Assembly (NCBI GenBank): GCA_944350345.1
Contig: CALVOP010000005.1
Location: 2,575-66,574, forward strand
DNA from: an uncultured Bacilli bacterium
GTDB lineage: Bacteria > Bacillota_I > Bacilli_A > RF39 > UBA660
Direction: 5' to 3'
Length of the DNA: 64,000 bases
The translations under genes and the position numbers were made by a program. The notes under the pieces were generated by a model that saw nothing but the letters and a program-made list of their open reading frames with translations, was not told where the DNA came from and ran no database searches. Shown piece after piece: positions 29,795-39,502 of this stretch. Position 1 is the stretch's first letter. Each line of letters starts with the position of its first letter.

Positions 29795-31095
29795 TATAGA
29801 ACTTTTTTTATTGTCTTTATATAACATAATGTACTGAATAATAAACTAACTATAATTGATATGATAAGTGAATACATTCCGATTTTAAAGAAAGACGTGA
29901 TAAAAATAATTAAAAGCTTAATTACTGAACTTCCTATTGTTATATACATACTTTCTTTAGATTTATCTAGTGCCTGTAATGAATTTGATAATGGCATATC
30001 TATAAAATACATTAACATGAATGGTGCTAATACTTTTATGTAATTTACTCCTAAATTTGTGTTATAAATTAAATTTAAAAAAAAGTTTGGAAAAAGATAT
30101 ATTATAATTGTAGATACTAATCCAATAAGTAGGCTCAATGAAACGATTTGTTTAATTCTTGTTATACATTTTTTCTTATTTCCAATGTAAAAATACTTTG
30201 ATAGTTCTGGTATTAATGCTGTAGAAATTGATTGAGTAAAAAACTGTGGAATAAGTAGTAAACCTAGTACATAACCATTTATAATTCCGTATTCAGTTAA
30301 TATAAAGTTTTTTGAATATCCAACATATAATAGCACATTTGTTAAAATTATCGGTTCAAAAAAGTGTGCTAAACTGCCTATTATTTTACTTGAAGTTGAT
30401 GGGACGCTAATATTTAATACATCTTTTATATCTCTTTTATTTGGTTTTATATCTTCTTTTTGTATTTTTACTCCTTTAGGTAGACCAAGAAGCATTACTA
30501 CAACTGAAAAGCTTTCACTTAATATATTTACTAATATTATTACAGATATTGTGAGTTCAACGCTTATTTCTATACATTTTGGAATACATATTATTAATAT
30601 TGCTAACCTTAATATTTGCTCGCTTATATTTGACAAAATATAAGGAAGCATTCTTTGTTTACCCCAAAAATAACCTTTGATTATACTTGAAAGGCCAATA
30701 AAAGGAAGTGTGAAGCCAATACATATTATTGGATAGATAAGTCTTTCTTCTTTTAAAAATATAGTTGCAAGTGGTTTTGAAATAATGAATAATATAACTA
30801 TTGTTAAAATATTAAATAGTAGCGATACAGGTATAATTGAAAATATAACTTTTTTACTGCTTCTATTTGGCGTTGCGACTAATTTGCTAATAGCTATTGG
30901 AAAAGATAATGTTGCAATTACAATAAATAAGGAGAAAGTAGGCATTAATAAGCTATATAAACCTAAACCTTCAGTGCCTAAATATCTTGAAATAATTATT
31001 CTTAAAATAAATCCTAGAAATTTAGATAAAAAGCCCCCGGTTAATAAAATAAATGTTGAAGCAAAAAATTTGTTTTTAAATAACTTTTTAATCAT
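29791..31095 (-). CDS. spoVB: stage V sporulation protein B-like MOP-superfamily flippase
   Basis: 434 aa with about 12-14 TM segments. The N-terminus FASTFILLTGGFLSKFLGFILRIIISRYLGTEGLGLY is typical of SpoVB/MurJ-like proteins. It is syntenic with B. subtilis spoVB. Confidence 0.7.
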   Translation of the reverse strand: MIKKLFKNKFFASTFILLTGGFLSKFLGFILRIIISRYLGTEGLGLYSLLMPTFSLFIVIATLSFPIAISKLVATPNRSSKKVIFSIIPVSLLFNILTIVILFIISKPLATIFLKEERLIYPIICIGFTLPFIGLSSIIKGYFWGKQRMLPYILSNISEQILRLAILIICIPKCIEISVELTISVIILVNILSESFSVVVMLLGLPKGVKIQKEDIKPNKRDIKDVLNISVPSTSSKIIGSLAHFFEPIILTNVLLYVGYSKNFILTEYGIINGYVLGLLLIPQFFTQSISTALIPELSKYFYIGNKKKCITRIKQIVSLSLLIGLVSTIIIYLFPNFFLNLIYNTNLGVNYIKVLAPFMLMYFIDMPLSNSLQALDKSKESMYITIGSSVIKLLIIFITSFFKIGMYSLIISIIVSLLFSTLCYIKTIKKVLY

Positions 31096-31179
31096 ATTTA
31101 AATATATGAGAAAACATATAAAAAAATTTACTTATATTTTGATGAGTGTTATAATAAAAGAAATTTAGGAGTGATTTTT

Positions 31180-32433
31180 ATGATACAAAAGCCTAAGGGG
31201 ACAATTGATTTATTTGGAGAAAAAGGAAAGATTTTTAATAACATTGAGTTGTATACTCATGACTTTATGAAACTTAATAATTTTGAATATGTAAAAGTTC
31301 CTACTTTTGAATCAAGTAATTTGTATAAAAGAGGTGTAGGCGAAAGTACTGATATTGTCAATAAAGAAACTTATGACTTTGTAGATAAAGGTGGAAGAGA
31401 AATGACTCTTAGACCTGAATTTACTGCTGGGATTGTTAGAAGTTATATTGAAAATAAAGAGTATTCTTATAATAGACTTAAAAAATATTATTATTTTGGT
31501 TCTTGCTTTAGATATGAAAGGCCACAAAGTGGAAGACTTAGAGAATTTACTCAGTTTGGAGTTGAAGTGATCGGTGCAAAAAATCCGTGTTTGGATGCAG
31601 ATATAATTTATATGGCTTACAAATATTTAGAAGGAATTGGCATTAAAAATTTAAAGGTTAAGATTAATACATTAGGTGATAATGAAAGTAGAAATAAATA
31701 CAAAGAAATTTTAAAAGAATATATTAGTAAAGATTACGATAATTTATGTGATTTATGCAAAGACAGATTTAATAGAAATCCTCTTCGTATTTTGGATTGT
31801 AAATATGATGGAAGTCGGGATTATATTAAAAATGCGCCAAAGACAATTGATTATTTAAATGAAGATAGTATAAACTATTTTAATAGTGTTAAAGATAGCT
31901 TGAATGAGTTAGAAATTGATTATGAAGTTGATACTACATTAGTGAGAGGTCTTGATTATTATACTCATACTGTTTTTGAAATAGTATCTTCTGATGAAAG
32001 ATTAGGTTTAGCTAGTACTATATGCGGTGGTGGAAGATATGATAATTTAGTTCGTATGTTAGATGGGCCAGATACTACTGCTGTTGGTTTTGCTATCGGA
32101 ATTGAAAGAATTATTACTGCTTTAGAAAGTGATGAAGAATTTAAAGTGGAAAACGATATTGATATTTATGTGATGAATTTAACAAATGATGCATTTGCTT
32201 ATAAATTAAATAATGATTTAAGAAGTAATGGGTATGTATCTGAAATATGTTATGAAAACAAAAATATGAAACAACAATGGAAATTAGTTGATGAATTAAA
32301 TCCTAGTTTTGTCGTTATAATAGGAGAAGATGAGATTGCCGGTGGATATGTAACCATTAAAGATAATAAAACAAAAGAACAAATAAATGTTAAAAATGAA
32401 AGTATAATTGAATACTTTAATACTTATTATTAG
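31180..32433 (+). CDS. hisS: histidine--tRNA ligase
   Basis: Class II motifs: KGTIDLF, LRPEFTAG..R, YYFGSCFRYERPQSGRLREFTQFGVE and GGGRYDNL. AGGAGTGA RBS before the ATG at 31180. Confidence 0.95.
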   Translation: MIQKPKGTIDLFGEKGKIFNNIELYTHDFMKLNNFEYVKVPTFESSNLYKRGVGESTDIVNKETYDFVDKGGREMTLRPEFTAGIVRSYIENKEYSYNRLKKYYYFGSCFRYERPQSGRLREFTQFGVEVIGAKNPCLDADIIYMAYKYLEGIGIKNLKVKINTLGDNESRNKYKEILKEYISKDYDNLCDLCKDRFNRNPLRILDCKYDGSRDYIKNAPKTIDYLNEDSINYFNSVKDSLNELEIDYEVDTTLVRGLDYYTHTVFEIVSSDERLGLASTICGGGRYDNLVRMLDGPDTTAVGFAIGIERIITALESDEEFKVENDIDIYVMNLTNDAFAYKLNNDLRSNGYVSEICYENKNMKQQWKLVDELNPSFVVIIGEDEIAGGYVTIKDNKTKEQINVKNESIIEYFNTYY

Positions 32434-32441
32434 GAGGATGT

Positions 32442-34151
32442 ATGAAAGAAATAAGTAATACTCAGCTAAGTGCTAAAAATGTTGGTGAAACTGTAGAACT
32501 TTATGGCTGGGCGAGTAAGATAAGAAAACTTGGGAATTTGATTTTTATTGATTTGAGAGATAGATCAGGAATTATACAATTGGTTGTAAATAGTGATAAT
32601 GCTAATTATGAAAAAGCATTAGAGATAAAAAATGAGTATGTTTTAAAAGTAAGAGGAACTATTGTTAAAAGAAGTAATCCTAACAGTGAAATTCCTACTG
32701 GTGAAATTGAAATAGATGTTGTTAATCTCGAAATTTTAAATACGTCTATGCCTTTACCTTTTGATATTAAAAGTGATAATGTCAGTGAAGAATTGAGATT
32801 AAAACATAGATATTTAGATTTAAGAAAAGAAGAGTTACAAAGTTATTTAATGATTAGACATAAAATAACTCAAAGTGTAAGAAAATATTTAGATAATTTA
32901 GGTTTTGTTGAAGTTGAAACACCTATATTAACTGCTACTAGTCCTGAAGGCGCTAGAGACTATTTGGTTCCCTCTAGAATACAAAAAGGAACGTTCTATG
33001 CTTTACCGCAATCACCTCAGTTATTTAAACAACTATTAATGGTTGCTGGTTTTGAAAAATATTATCAAATTGCAAGATGTTTTAGAGATGAAGATTTAAG
33101 AGCTGATAGACAACCTGAATTTACTCAAATAGATATTGAAATGTCTTTTGTAAATGAGGAAGATATCTTTGGAGTAGTTGAGGGAATGTTTAAAGAAATA
33201 ATGAAAAATGTTAAAAACATTGATTTGGAAATTCCTTTTAGAAGAATGACATATACTGATGCAATTAATAATTATGGTACTGATAAACCTGATACTAGAT
33301 TTGATATGTTAATTAGTGATATAACTAATATTTTACATGAAAATAAATTGTCTTTGTTACAAAAAGATTTTATAGGTGCGATTGTTGCTAAAAAAAGTGA
33401 TGCAATGTTTTCTAGAAAAAAAGTTGATGAGTTAGCTGTTGACTTAAAAAATTATAAAATCGATAATTTGTTCTTCGTTAAATATAATAATGAATTTACA
33501 GGTAATATTGCAAATTCTTTGTCTGATAATGAAAAAGATAGTATTAAGAATTATCTTGGATTAGAGGATGGCGATATTGTATTTATTATTGCAGGTGATA
33601 AGAATAGGGTTTTACAGGCTTTAGGTTCTTTAAGAATAAACGTTGCAAGATATTTAAACATTATTCCTAAAGATAAATTTAATTTCTTATGGATTACTGA
33701 TTTTCCTATGTTTGAATGGAGTGAAGAAGAGAATAGATACGTGTCTGCACATCATCCATTTACAATGCCTAAAGATGTTAATGCTTTAGATGACCCAGAA
33801 AATTGTTATGCTAGAAGTTACGATATTGTTTTAAATGGTTATGAGTTAGCTAGTGGAAGTATAAGAATTCATGATAAGAAAATCCAGAGTAAAGTTTTTG
33901 AAAAATTAGGTATAAGTGAAGAAGAAGCTCAAAGAAAATTTGGCTATTTATTAGAAGCATTTAAGTATGGTGCACCTCCTCATGGCGGTATTGCTCCGGG
34001 CCTTGATAGAATTACAATGATTCTTTGTGGCACTGATAACATTAAAGATGTCGTTGCATTTCCTAAAACACAAAGTGCATCATGTTTGATGACTAATGCT
34101 CCAAGCAAAGCTAATAATAAGCAATTAAAAGAATTAGGCATTAAATTTTAG
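32442..34151 (+). CDS. aspS: aspartate--tRNA ligase
   Basis: The OB-fold N-terminus is GWASKIRKLGNLIFIDLRDRSG. Motifs: YALPQSPQLFKQLLM, FRDEDLRADRQPEFTQID and PPHGGIAPGLDR. Confidence 0.95.
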   Translation: MKEISNTQLSAKNVGETVELYGWASKIRKLGNLIFIDLRDRSGIIQLVVNSDNANYEKALEIKNEYVLKVRGTIVKRSNPNSEIPTGEIEIDVVNLEILNTSMPLPFDIKSDNVSEELRLKHRYLDLRKEELQSYLMIRHKITQSVRKYLDNLGFVEVETPILTATSPEGARDYLVPSRIQKGTFYALPQSPQLFKQLLMVAGFEKYYQIARCFRDEDLRADRQPEFTQIDIEMSFVNEEDIFGVVEGMFKEIMKNVKNIDLEIPFRRMTYTDAINNYGTDKPDTRFDMLISDITNILHENKLSLLQKDFIGAIVAKKSDAMFSRKKVDELAVDLKNYKIDNLFFVKYNNEFTGNIANSLSDNEKDSIKNYLGLEDGDIVFIIAGDKNRVLQALGSLRINVARYLNIIPKDKFNFLWITDFPMFEWSEEENRYVSAHHPFTMPKDVNALDDPENCYARSYDIVLNGYELASGSIRIHDKKIQSKVFEKLGISEEEAQRKFGYLLEAFKYGAPPHGGIAPGLDRITMILCGTDNIKDVVAFPKTQSASCLMTNAPSKANNKQLKELGIKF

Positions 34152-34159
34152 GGGGTATT

Positions 34160-35659
34160 ATGTTAAATTATAGCTGTTCAATAATGTTTAATAGAATTGA
34201 TATTAAGGATAAAATATTATTTCTTCCTATGTGTTTGTGTATAGGTGAATATGATAAAGAAAATGATTTATTTTTTGATTATATGTCAAACTCAGTATTA
34301 CCAAATATAAATGATAGTGCATATTTAGGTACAAGTGTATCGTTTGGACATGTGCGCAATTTATCAATAATTTTTAAGCAAAACAAAAGATTTAGTTTAA
34401 AAAATTCATTATTAAAATATGTTTCTGCATTAAGAAAAGAAATTATTATGGCAACATTTGATGTAGATAGTAAGAAGTATGTGTTTAAAACTTGTGATGT
34501 AGATGAAATTGATGAAGAGGACTTTATTATAACTTTCCCCACAAAGACAGAACAAATAGAAAGATTAAAAGAAGAAAGAGAAATGTTAGAAAAAGTCATT
34601 GATGAATTAGGTGAAGAATATGCAAAATCTTTACAACCAGAAGAAGATGAAAAACAACTAATTAAAATAAGCGATTTATACGAAGGCGTAAAATCTGAAG
34701 TAATTTCTCAAGACAGTCAAGTTAAAAAGATAATTACAGCTATATATAAAAATTTAATGTTTGATGGTAGAGAAATGAAAAGCAATATCTTGATTTATGG
34801 GCCATCAGGAGTTGGAAAAACTCAAATACTTAGGTCCCTTAGTAAAAGAATAGGTATTCCTTTGTGGATTGAAGATATGACAAAATATACTGAATCAGGG
34901 TATAAAGGTGGGGATGTAGAAGATATTCTTTACAATTTACTTGAAAATGCAAATATGAATCAAAAACTTGCTGAAAGAAGTATTTTGGTTTTAGATGAAA
35001 TTGATAAAAAGGCAGGAAATAATGGTGATAGTGCAGTAAGTAAAAGTGATGTTTTAAAAGGTTTACTTGCAATTATTGAAGGTGGTGTTTTTCCTTTGCA
35101 ATATGCAGAAGGACAAATAAATTTTGATACTTCTAAACTAACTATAGTTGCCTGTGGTGCATTTACTGAGTTAAGAGATAATAAGATGTCTGAGAAAAAA
35201 ACAATAGGCTTTTCTAGAGAAAATAATACAGTTATGACTAATCCTGAAATTAGCATAGAAGACTTCCAAAAATTTGGAATGCCGTTAGAATTCATGGGAA
35301 GATTTAGAACAATTGTTCAAATGAATGAACTTAAAAAGGAAGATTTTATTAAAATTTTAAAAACCTCAGCTTTAAGTCCTTTAAACAAGTATTGTGAAGA
35401 GATGACCAAGTTAGGTATAAAATTTGAAGTAACTGATGTTTTATATGAAAGGCTAGCTACACAAGCACTAAAATATAAAACCGGAGCAAGAGCTCTTAAT
35501 GTAGTTGTAGATCAAATGTTTGAAGATATTCTTTTTGATGTTTTTGATAATACGGGTGGAATAGAATCTGTTAATTTATCTGATAAAGAAGACGGAGTAA
35601 AATTAGAATTAAGAAAAAGGGGAAAATATGCAGAAAGTGTCGCAGAAGGTAGAAAATAG
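34160..35659 (+). CDS. ClpX-like AAA+ ATPase paralogue lacking the zinc-finger N-domain
   Basis: Walker A is GPSGVGKT (34799-34822). The pore loop is SGYKGGDVEDIL (ClpX has GYVGEDVE). Walker B is ILVLDEIDK. IGF lies at 35204-35212, and KTGARAL is sensor-2-like. The ~190-aa N-terminal region has no C4 zinc motif. GGGGG RBS, 8 nt after aspS. Confidence 0.75.
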   Translation: MLNYSCSIMFNRIDIKDKILFLPMCLCIGEYDKENDLFFDYMSNSVLPNINDSAYLGTSVSFGHVRNLSIIFKQNKRFSLKNSLLKYVSALRKEIIMATFDVDSKKYVFKTCDVDEIDEEDFIITFPTKTEQIERLKEEREMLEKVIDELGEEYAKSLQPEEDEKQLIKISDLYEGVKSEVISQDSQVKKIITAIYKNLMFDGREMKSNILIYGPSGVGKTQILRSLSKRIGIPLWIEDMTKYTESGYKGGDVEDILYNLLENANMNQKLAERSILVLDEIDKKAGNNGDSAVSKSDVLKGLLAIIEGGVFPLQYAEGQINFDTSKLTIVACGAFTELRDNKMSEKKTIGFSRENNTVMTNPEISIEDFQKFGMPLEFMGRFRTIVQMNELKKEDFIKILKTSALSPLNKYCEEMTKLGIKFEVTDVLYERLATQALKYKTGARALNVVVDQMFEDILFDVFDNTGGIESVNLSDKEDGVKLELRKRGKYAESVAEGRK

Positions 35660-36404
35660 CATTATTACAAAATATCGTAAAGAAATATGGCGTAATTTTG
35701 TTAAGGCTGTTCAAGAATTTAATTTAATAGAAGATGGTGACAAAATTGCTGTTTGTATTAGTGGTGGTAAAGATTCTTTTTTGCTAGCAAAATGTATGGA
35801 AGAGTTACAGAAACATGGCAAAATTAGTTTTGAACTTTGCTATATTTTGATGAATCCAGGATATAGAAAAAAACATTTGAATTTAATTCATCATAATGCG
35901 ACCAAACTTAATTTAAATTTATATATATTTAATAGTGATATTTTTGAACAAATAGAAGGTGAAAAAGATATATGTTATTTATGTGCTAGAAAGAGAAGAG
36001 GGGCTTTATATAGTGAAGCAATGAAATTAGGTTGTAATAAAATTGCTTTGGGACACCATTTTGATGATGTTGTTGAGACAGTACTTATGTCTATAATTTA
36101 TAATGGCGAATTTAAAACTATGATGCCATTTTTATCATCAGTGAACTTTAAACCTATTAAACTTATAAGACCTTTGTATTATGTTAAAGAAAAAGATATT
36201 ATATCTTGGGTAAACTATAATAATTTAACTTTCCTCGATTGCGCATGCAAGGTAACTGAAAAGAATATGGGCAAAAGGAATGAAATGAAAAAGCTAATAA
36301 CTGAATTAAATGAGTTATATAAAGGCGCGGACGTTAATATTATGAATAGTACTAAGAATGTTAATTTAAATACTATTATTAGTTATTATAGTAAAAAAGA
36401 ATAA
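35628..36404 (+). CDS. TtcA-family PP-loop tRNA thiolation ATPase (tRNA 2-thiocytidine synthase-like)
   Basis: PP-loop CISGGKDS, plus CYLCARKRRGALY and GHHFDDVVETVLMS, all as in TtcA. The C-terminal Cys pair is CAC. Confidence 0.75.
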   Translation: MQKVSQKVENSIITKYRKEIWRNFVKAVQEFNLIEDGDKIAVCISGGKDSFLLAKCMEELQKHGKISFELCYILMNPGYRKKHLNLIHHNATKLNLNLYIFNSDIFEQIEGEKDICYLCARKRRGALYSEAMKLGCNKIALGHHFDDVVETVLMSIIYNGEFKTMMPFLSSVNFKPIKLIRPLYYVKEKDIISWVNYNNLTFLDCACKVTEKNMGKRNEMKKLITELNELYKGADVNIMNSTKNVNLNTIISYYSKKE

Positions 36405-36460
36405 TGTAAAGATTTTACGCTTTAAGTATATTTTTTATAAATATATGATATAATAAAATT

Positions 36461-36636
36461 ACCTGAAGATAATGATTGTCGTAACAAATAAACCGACTAT
36501 TTAATTTTCTTGGGAGCATAATTAATGTGCTGTGTTGAATGCTTAGTTTACTAAGAATCCTAATGGCATTATGTTGCTTACCACCTCGTCTACGGCGAGA
36601 TTTATTTAAACGGCAGTCGTATCTTTGGGCTTTTTT
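36461..36636 (+). ncRNA. ssrS: probable 6S RNA
   Basis: An extended -10 TGaTATAAT (36446-36454) lies just upstream. The 5' end (36462-36481) pairs with the 3' end (36611-36629) over ~19 bp with one bulge, followed by UUUUUU. Internal helices (cataat/attatg, cttagt/actaag) give a rod-like fold with internal loops. There is no ORF. From memory, B. subtilis bsrA (6S-1) lies in the same aspS/tcdA(yrvM) neighbourhood. Confidence 0.55.
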
Positions 36637-36652
36637 ATGATTTGGAGTAGGT

Positions 36653-37330
36653 ATGAATTTAGATAGATTAGAAAGTCTTATTGGAAAAGAAAATTTAAAT
36701 AAATTACAAAATATTAAAATTGCTATTGTAGGTATTGGTGGAGTGGGTGGCTATGTTTTAGAAGGACTCGTTAGATCTGGAGTTATGAATATTACTTTAA
36801 TTGATGGTGATAAAATTGACCCTACAAACTTAAATAGGCAAATAATATCCACATCAAACAATATAGGTGAACTTAAGGTTAATGAAGCTGCTAAAAGAGT
36901 GATACAAATTAATCCTAATGTAATTGTAAATAAATTTTCTATTTTTTTAACTAAGGAAAATATACAAGAAATTATAGATAATGATTTTGATTACGTTATT
37001 GATGCTTGTGATGATGTTGATGTAAAAATTGAACTTATAAAGTTTTGTTATAAAAATAATATTAAAATTATTTCGTCTATGGGTACAGCAAAAAAATTAG
37101 ATGGTACTAAATTTAAAATTGATACTTTGAATAATACAAAATATTGTCCTTTAGCGAAGAAGATTAGGAAGAGTTTATCACTGGATGAACAAAAATATAC
37201 TACTGTTGTATATAGTGAAGAAGTACAAAAAGATATTAATGTCTTAGGCTCAATATCTTATGTCCCAGCTATAGCTGGCTTATTAATTTGTAATGCAATT
37301 ATTAATGATATAATAAAAATAGAAAATTGA
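36653..37330 (+). CDS. tcdA: tRNA threonylcarbamoyladenosine dehydratase (ThiF/MoeB-family, YrvM-like)
   Basis: Rossmann motif IAIVGIGGVGGYVLEGLVRSGV, plus LIDGDKIDPTNLNRQ and DACDD. It is adjacent to rarA, as yrvM-yrvN are in B. subtilis. Confidence 0.8.
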   Translation: MNLDRLESLIGKENLNKLQNIKIAIVGIGGVGGYVLEGLVRSGVMNITLIDGDKIDPTNLNRQIISTSNNIGELKVNEAAKRVIQINPNVIVNKFSIFLTKENIQEIIDNDFDYVIDACDDVDVKIELIKFCYKNNIKIISSMGTAKKLDGTKFKIDTLNNTKYCPLAKKIRKSLSLDEQKYTTVVYSEEVQKDINVLGSISYVPAIAGLLICNAIINDIIKIEN

Positions 37331-37334
37331 ATTT

Positions 37335-38534
37335 CTATTTTTTGTTTTCAGTTATCTTTTTGTGATAATTATTTAATTCGGTTTCATATTTATTATCTCC
37401 AGGAATATAATAAATACTATTTTTTATGTTGTCTGGAAGATATTGTTGATTTACCCAGTGATTTGGGTAATTATGTGGATATTTATAATCTTTACTTGTA
37501 GTTGTTATATGTCTTGGAACTCTGCCAATTCCTCCTTTATTTAACTCGTTTCTAGCATTATTCATAGCAGTTTCAACTGAATTACTTTTTGGACTTAAAG
37601 CCATATCTATAACTACACAGGCAAGTGGTTTATATAATTCAGGCAAACCTAATCTTTCACTTGCTTCTATAGCCGATAAAACTCTTGATGGTAAACTTGG
37701 ATTAGCTAAACCTATGTCTTCGTATGCAATGACAAGCATTCTTCTATATAAGATATCAAAGTCTCCAACTTCAATTAATCTTGCTAGATAATGTAATGCT
37801 GCATTTACGTCACTTCCTCTGATACTTTTTTGAAAAGCACTGATAACATCATAATACCCATCTTCATTTTTATCATAATAGAATTTGGAGTTCGAATTTA
37901 CTTCTTCAATTTGGTCTATAGAAAATTCTGGACCAAAACTATAATAACAAAATTCTACTAAATTATAAGCACTTCTTAAATCACCATTTGAAATATGTGC
38001 AATATGTTTTATTGTTTTTTCATCAATGTTTAAATCTTTATAAACTTTTTTAATGTTTTTTATTGCTAGGACTATGTCTTCTTCTTCAATGTTTTTTAAT
38101 TCAATTAGTTCACATCTACTTCTAATCGCAGGGTTTATACTATGAAAAGGGTTAGATGAAGTTAAACCAATCAAAATTATTAAACCACTTTCAATGTAAC
38201 TTAGCAAAAGATCTTGTTTGTCTTTATTCATTCTGTGTATTTCGTCTACAATAAGTACTAGTTCACCATACATCTTTGCTTCTTCAAATACAACTTCAAA
38301 ATCTTTTTTACTGTTAATTGTCGCATTTAACATTCTATATCTAAAACCTAGATCGTTTATTAAACATAATGCAATAGTGGTTTTTCCAATGCCACTTTTT
38401 CCATATAAAATTATGTTAAATAATTTCTTGTTTTTTACTAAATTACTTAACATTTTTCCTTCGCCAATCAAATGTTTTTGACCTATAACATCATTTAATG
38501 TCTTTGGTCTTAATTCATTTTGTAGTAGTTCCAT
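37335..38534 (-). CDS. rarA: replication-associated recombination protein A (RarA/MgsA, AAA+)
   Basis: LRPKTLNDVIGQKHL, Walker A (YGKSGIGKTT), Walker B (LIVDEIHR), SAFQKSIRGSD and the C-terminal HYLARL...YEDIGLANP motif. Confidence 0.9.
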   Translation of the reverse strand: MELLQNELRPKTLNDVIGQKHLIGEGKMLSNLVKNKKLFNIILYGKSGIGKTTIALCLINDLGFRYRMLNATINSKKDFEVVFEEAKMYGELVLIVDEIHRMNKDKQDLLLSYIESGLIILIGLTSSNPFHSINPAIRSRCELIELKNIEEEDIVLAIKNIKKVYKDLNIDEKTIKHIAHISNGDLRSAYNLVEFCYYSFGPEFSIDQIEEVNSNSKFYYDKNEDGYYDVISAFQKSIRGSDVNAALHYLARLIEVGDFDILYRRMLVIAYEDIGLANPSLPSRVLSAIEASERLGLPELYKPLACVVIDMALSPKSNSVETAMNNARNELNKGGIGRVPRHITTTSKDYKYPHNYPNHWVNQQYLPDNIKNSIYYIPGDNKYETELNNYHKKITENKK

Positions 38535-38632
38535 ATAATCTCCTTAAATATATTTTAACATAAAAACGTAAACATAAAAACAGTCAAATTTGATAAAAAC
38601 AAGCATTTGTGTTATATTTAAGTAGGGTAGAT

Positions 38633-39499
38633 ATGAGTAAAGAGATAATTGATTTTTTAGATTACTTAAGAATTGAAAGAAAAATGAGTAATAATACTGT
38701 TGAAAGTTATATGTATACTTTAAATAAACTTGAAAAAGAATCTAAAAAAGATTTAATTTTATCTAGTAAAAGTGATTTGAAAAATATTTTGATTGATAAT
38801 AAAAAATCAGAAAAAGCAAAAAGTTTAAATCATGAAATAACTATTATAAGGCAGTTTTTTGCTTATTATAATAAAGAAAGCATTGTGAAGGATATCGATT
38901 TACTCAAGTTAGAAAAAGCTTTGCCTAAATATTTGACAAAGGAAGAAGTTGAAAGGCTTTTAAATATTCCTTTAATAACTCCTTTGGATTATAGAAATAA
39001 GGCTATGCTTGAATTAATTTATGCCACCGGTCTTAGAGTTAGTGAACTTGTTAATTTAAAAGTAAATGATATTGATTTTGAAATGTGTACTTTAAGAGTT
39101 TTAGGTAAGGGAAATAAAGAAAGAATTGTACCGATTGGTTCTGTGGCACTAAAATATAATAAAATTTATATTGAAGAGTATAGGTCAAAAATACTAAAAA
39201 ATAATATAATTGATGAGATTTATCCCAATAATTTTGGTAGAAAAATGACTAGGAATGGTTTTAATTATATATTAAATGAATTAAAGAAAAAATGTGATAT
39301 TAAAGCCTATTTAACTCCTCATGTTTTGAGGCATAGTTTTGCAACTCATCTTCTTATAGGTGGTGCTGATTTAAGAAGTATTCAGTTGTTACTTGGTCAC
39401 GAAAATATAAATACTACAAATATTTATACTCATATTGTAAATCGTGAATTAAAGGATAATTATATTGCATTTCATAGTAGAAGTAAGAAAGGAAAATAG
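38633..39499 (+). CDS. xerD: site-specific tyrosine recombinase XerD (RipX-like)
   Basis: The N-terminal SAM-like domain is FLDYLRIERKMSNNTVESY. The catalytic residues sit in ATGLRVSEL, HVLRHSFATHLL, LLGHENINTTNIYTH. It lies upstream of deoB, as ripX-drm are in B. subtilis. Confidence 0.85.
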   Translation: MSKEIIDFLDYLRIERKMSNNTVESYMYTLNKLEKESKKDLILSSKSDLKNILIDNKKSEKAKSLNHEITIIRQFFAYYNKESIVKDIDLLKLEKALPKYLTKEEVERLLNIPLITPLDYRNKAMLELIYATGLRVSELVNLKVNDIDFEMCTLRVLGKGNKERIVPIGSVALKYNKIYIEEYRSKILKNNIIDEIYPNNFGRKMTRNGFNYILNELKKKCDIKAYLTPHVLRHSFATHLLIGGADLRSIQLLLGHENINTTNIYTHIVNRELKDNYIAFHSRSKKGK

Positions 39500-39502
39500 T
39501 TT

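Noticed and set aside
31096-31179. Expected T-box leader upstream of hisS-aspS, as in B. subtilis.
   Set aside because: The intergenic region is only ~84 nt and contains no specifier-loop or T-box (AGGGUGGNACCGCG-like) sequence. That is too short for a T-box riboswitch.
38633-39499. Tyrosine recombinase as a marker of an integrated mobile element.
   Set aside because: It has XerD-type N- and C-terminal motifs and sits in the conserved xerD(ripX)-deoB(drm) arrangement next to rarA. No att-like repeats, phage genes or transposon genes flank it.
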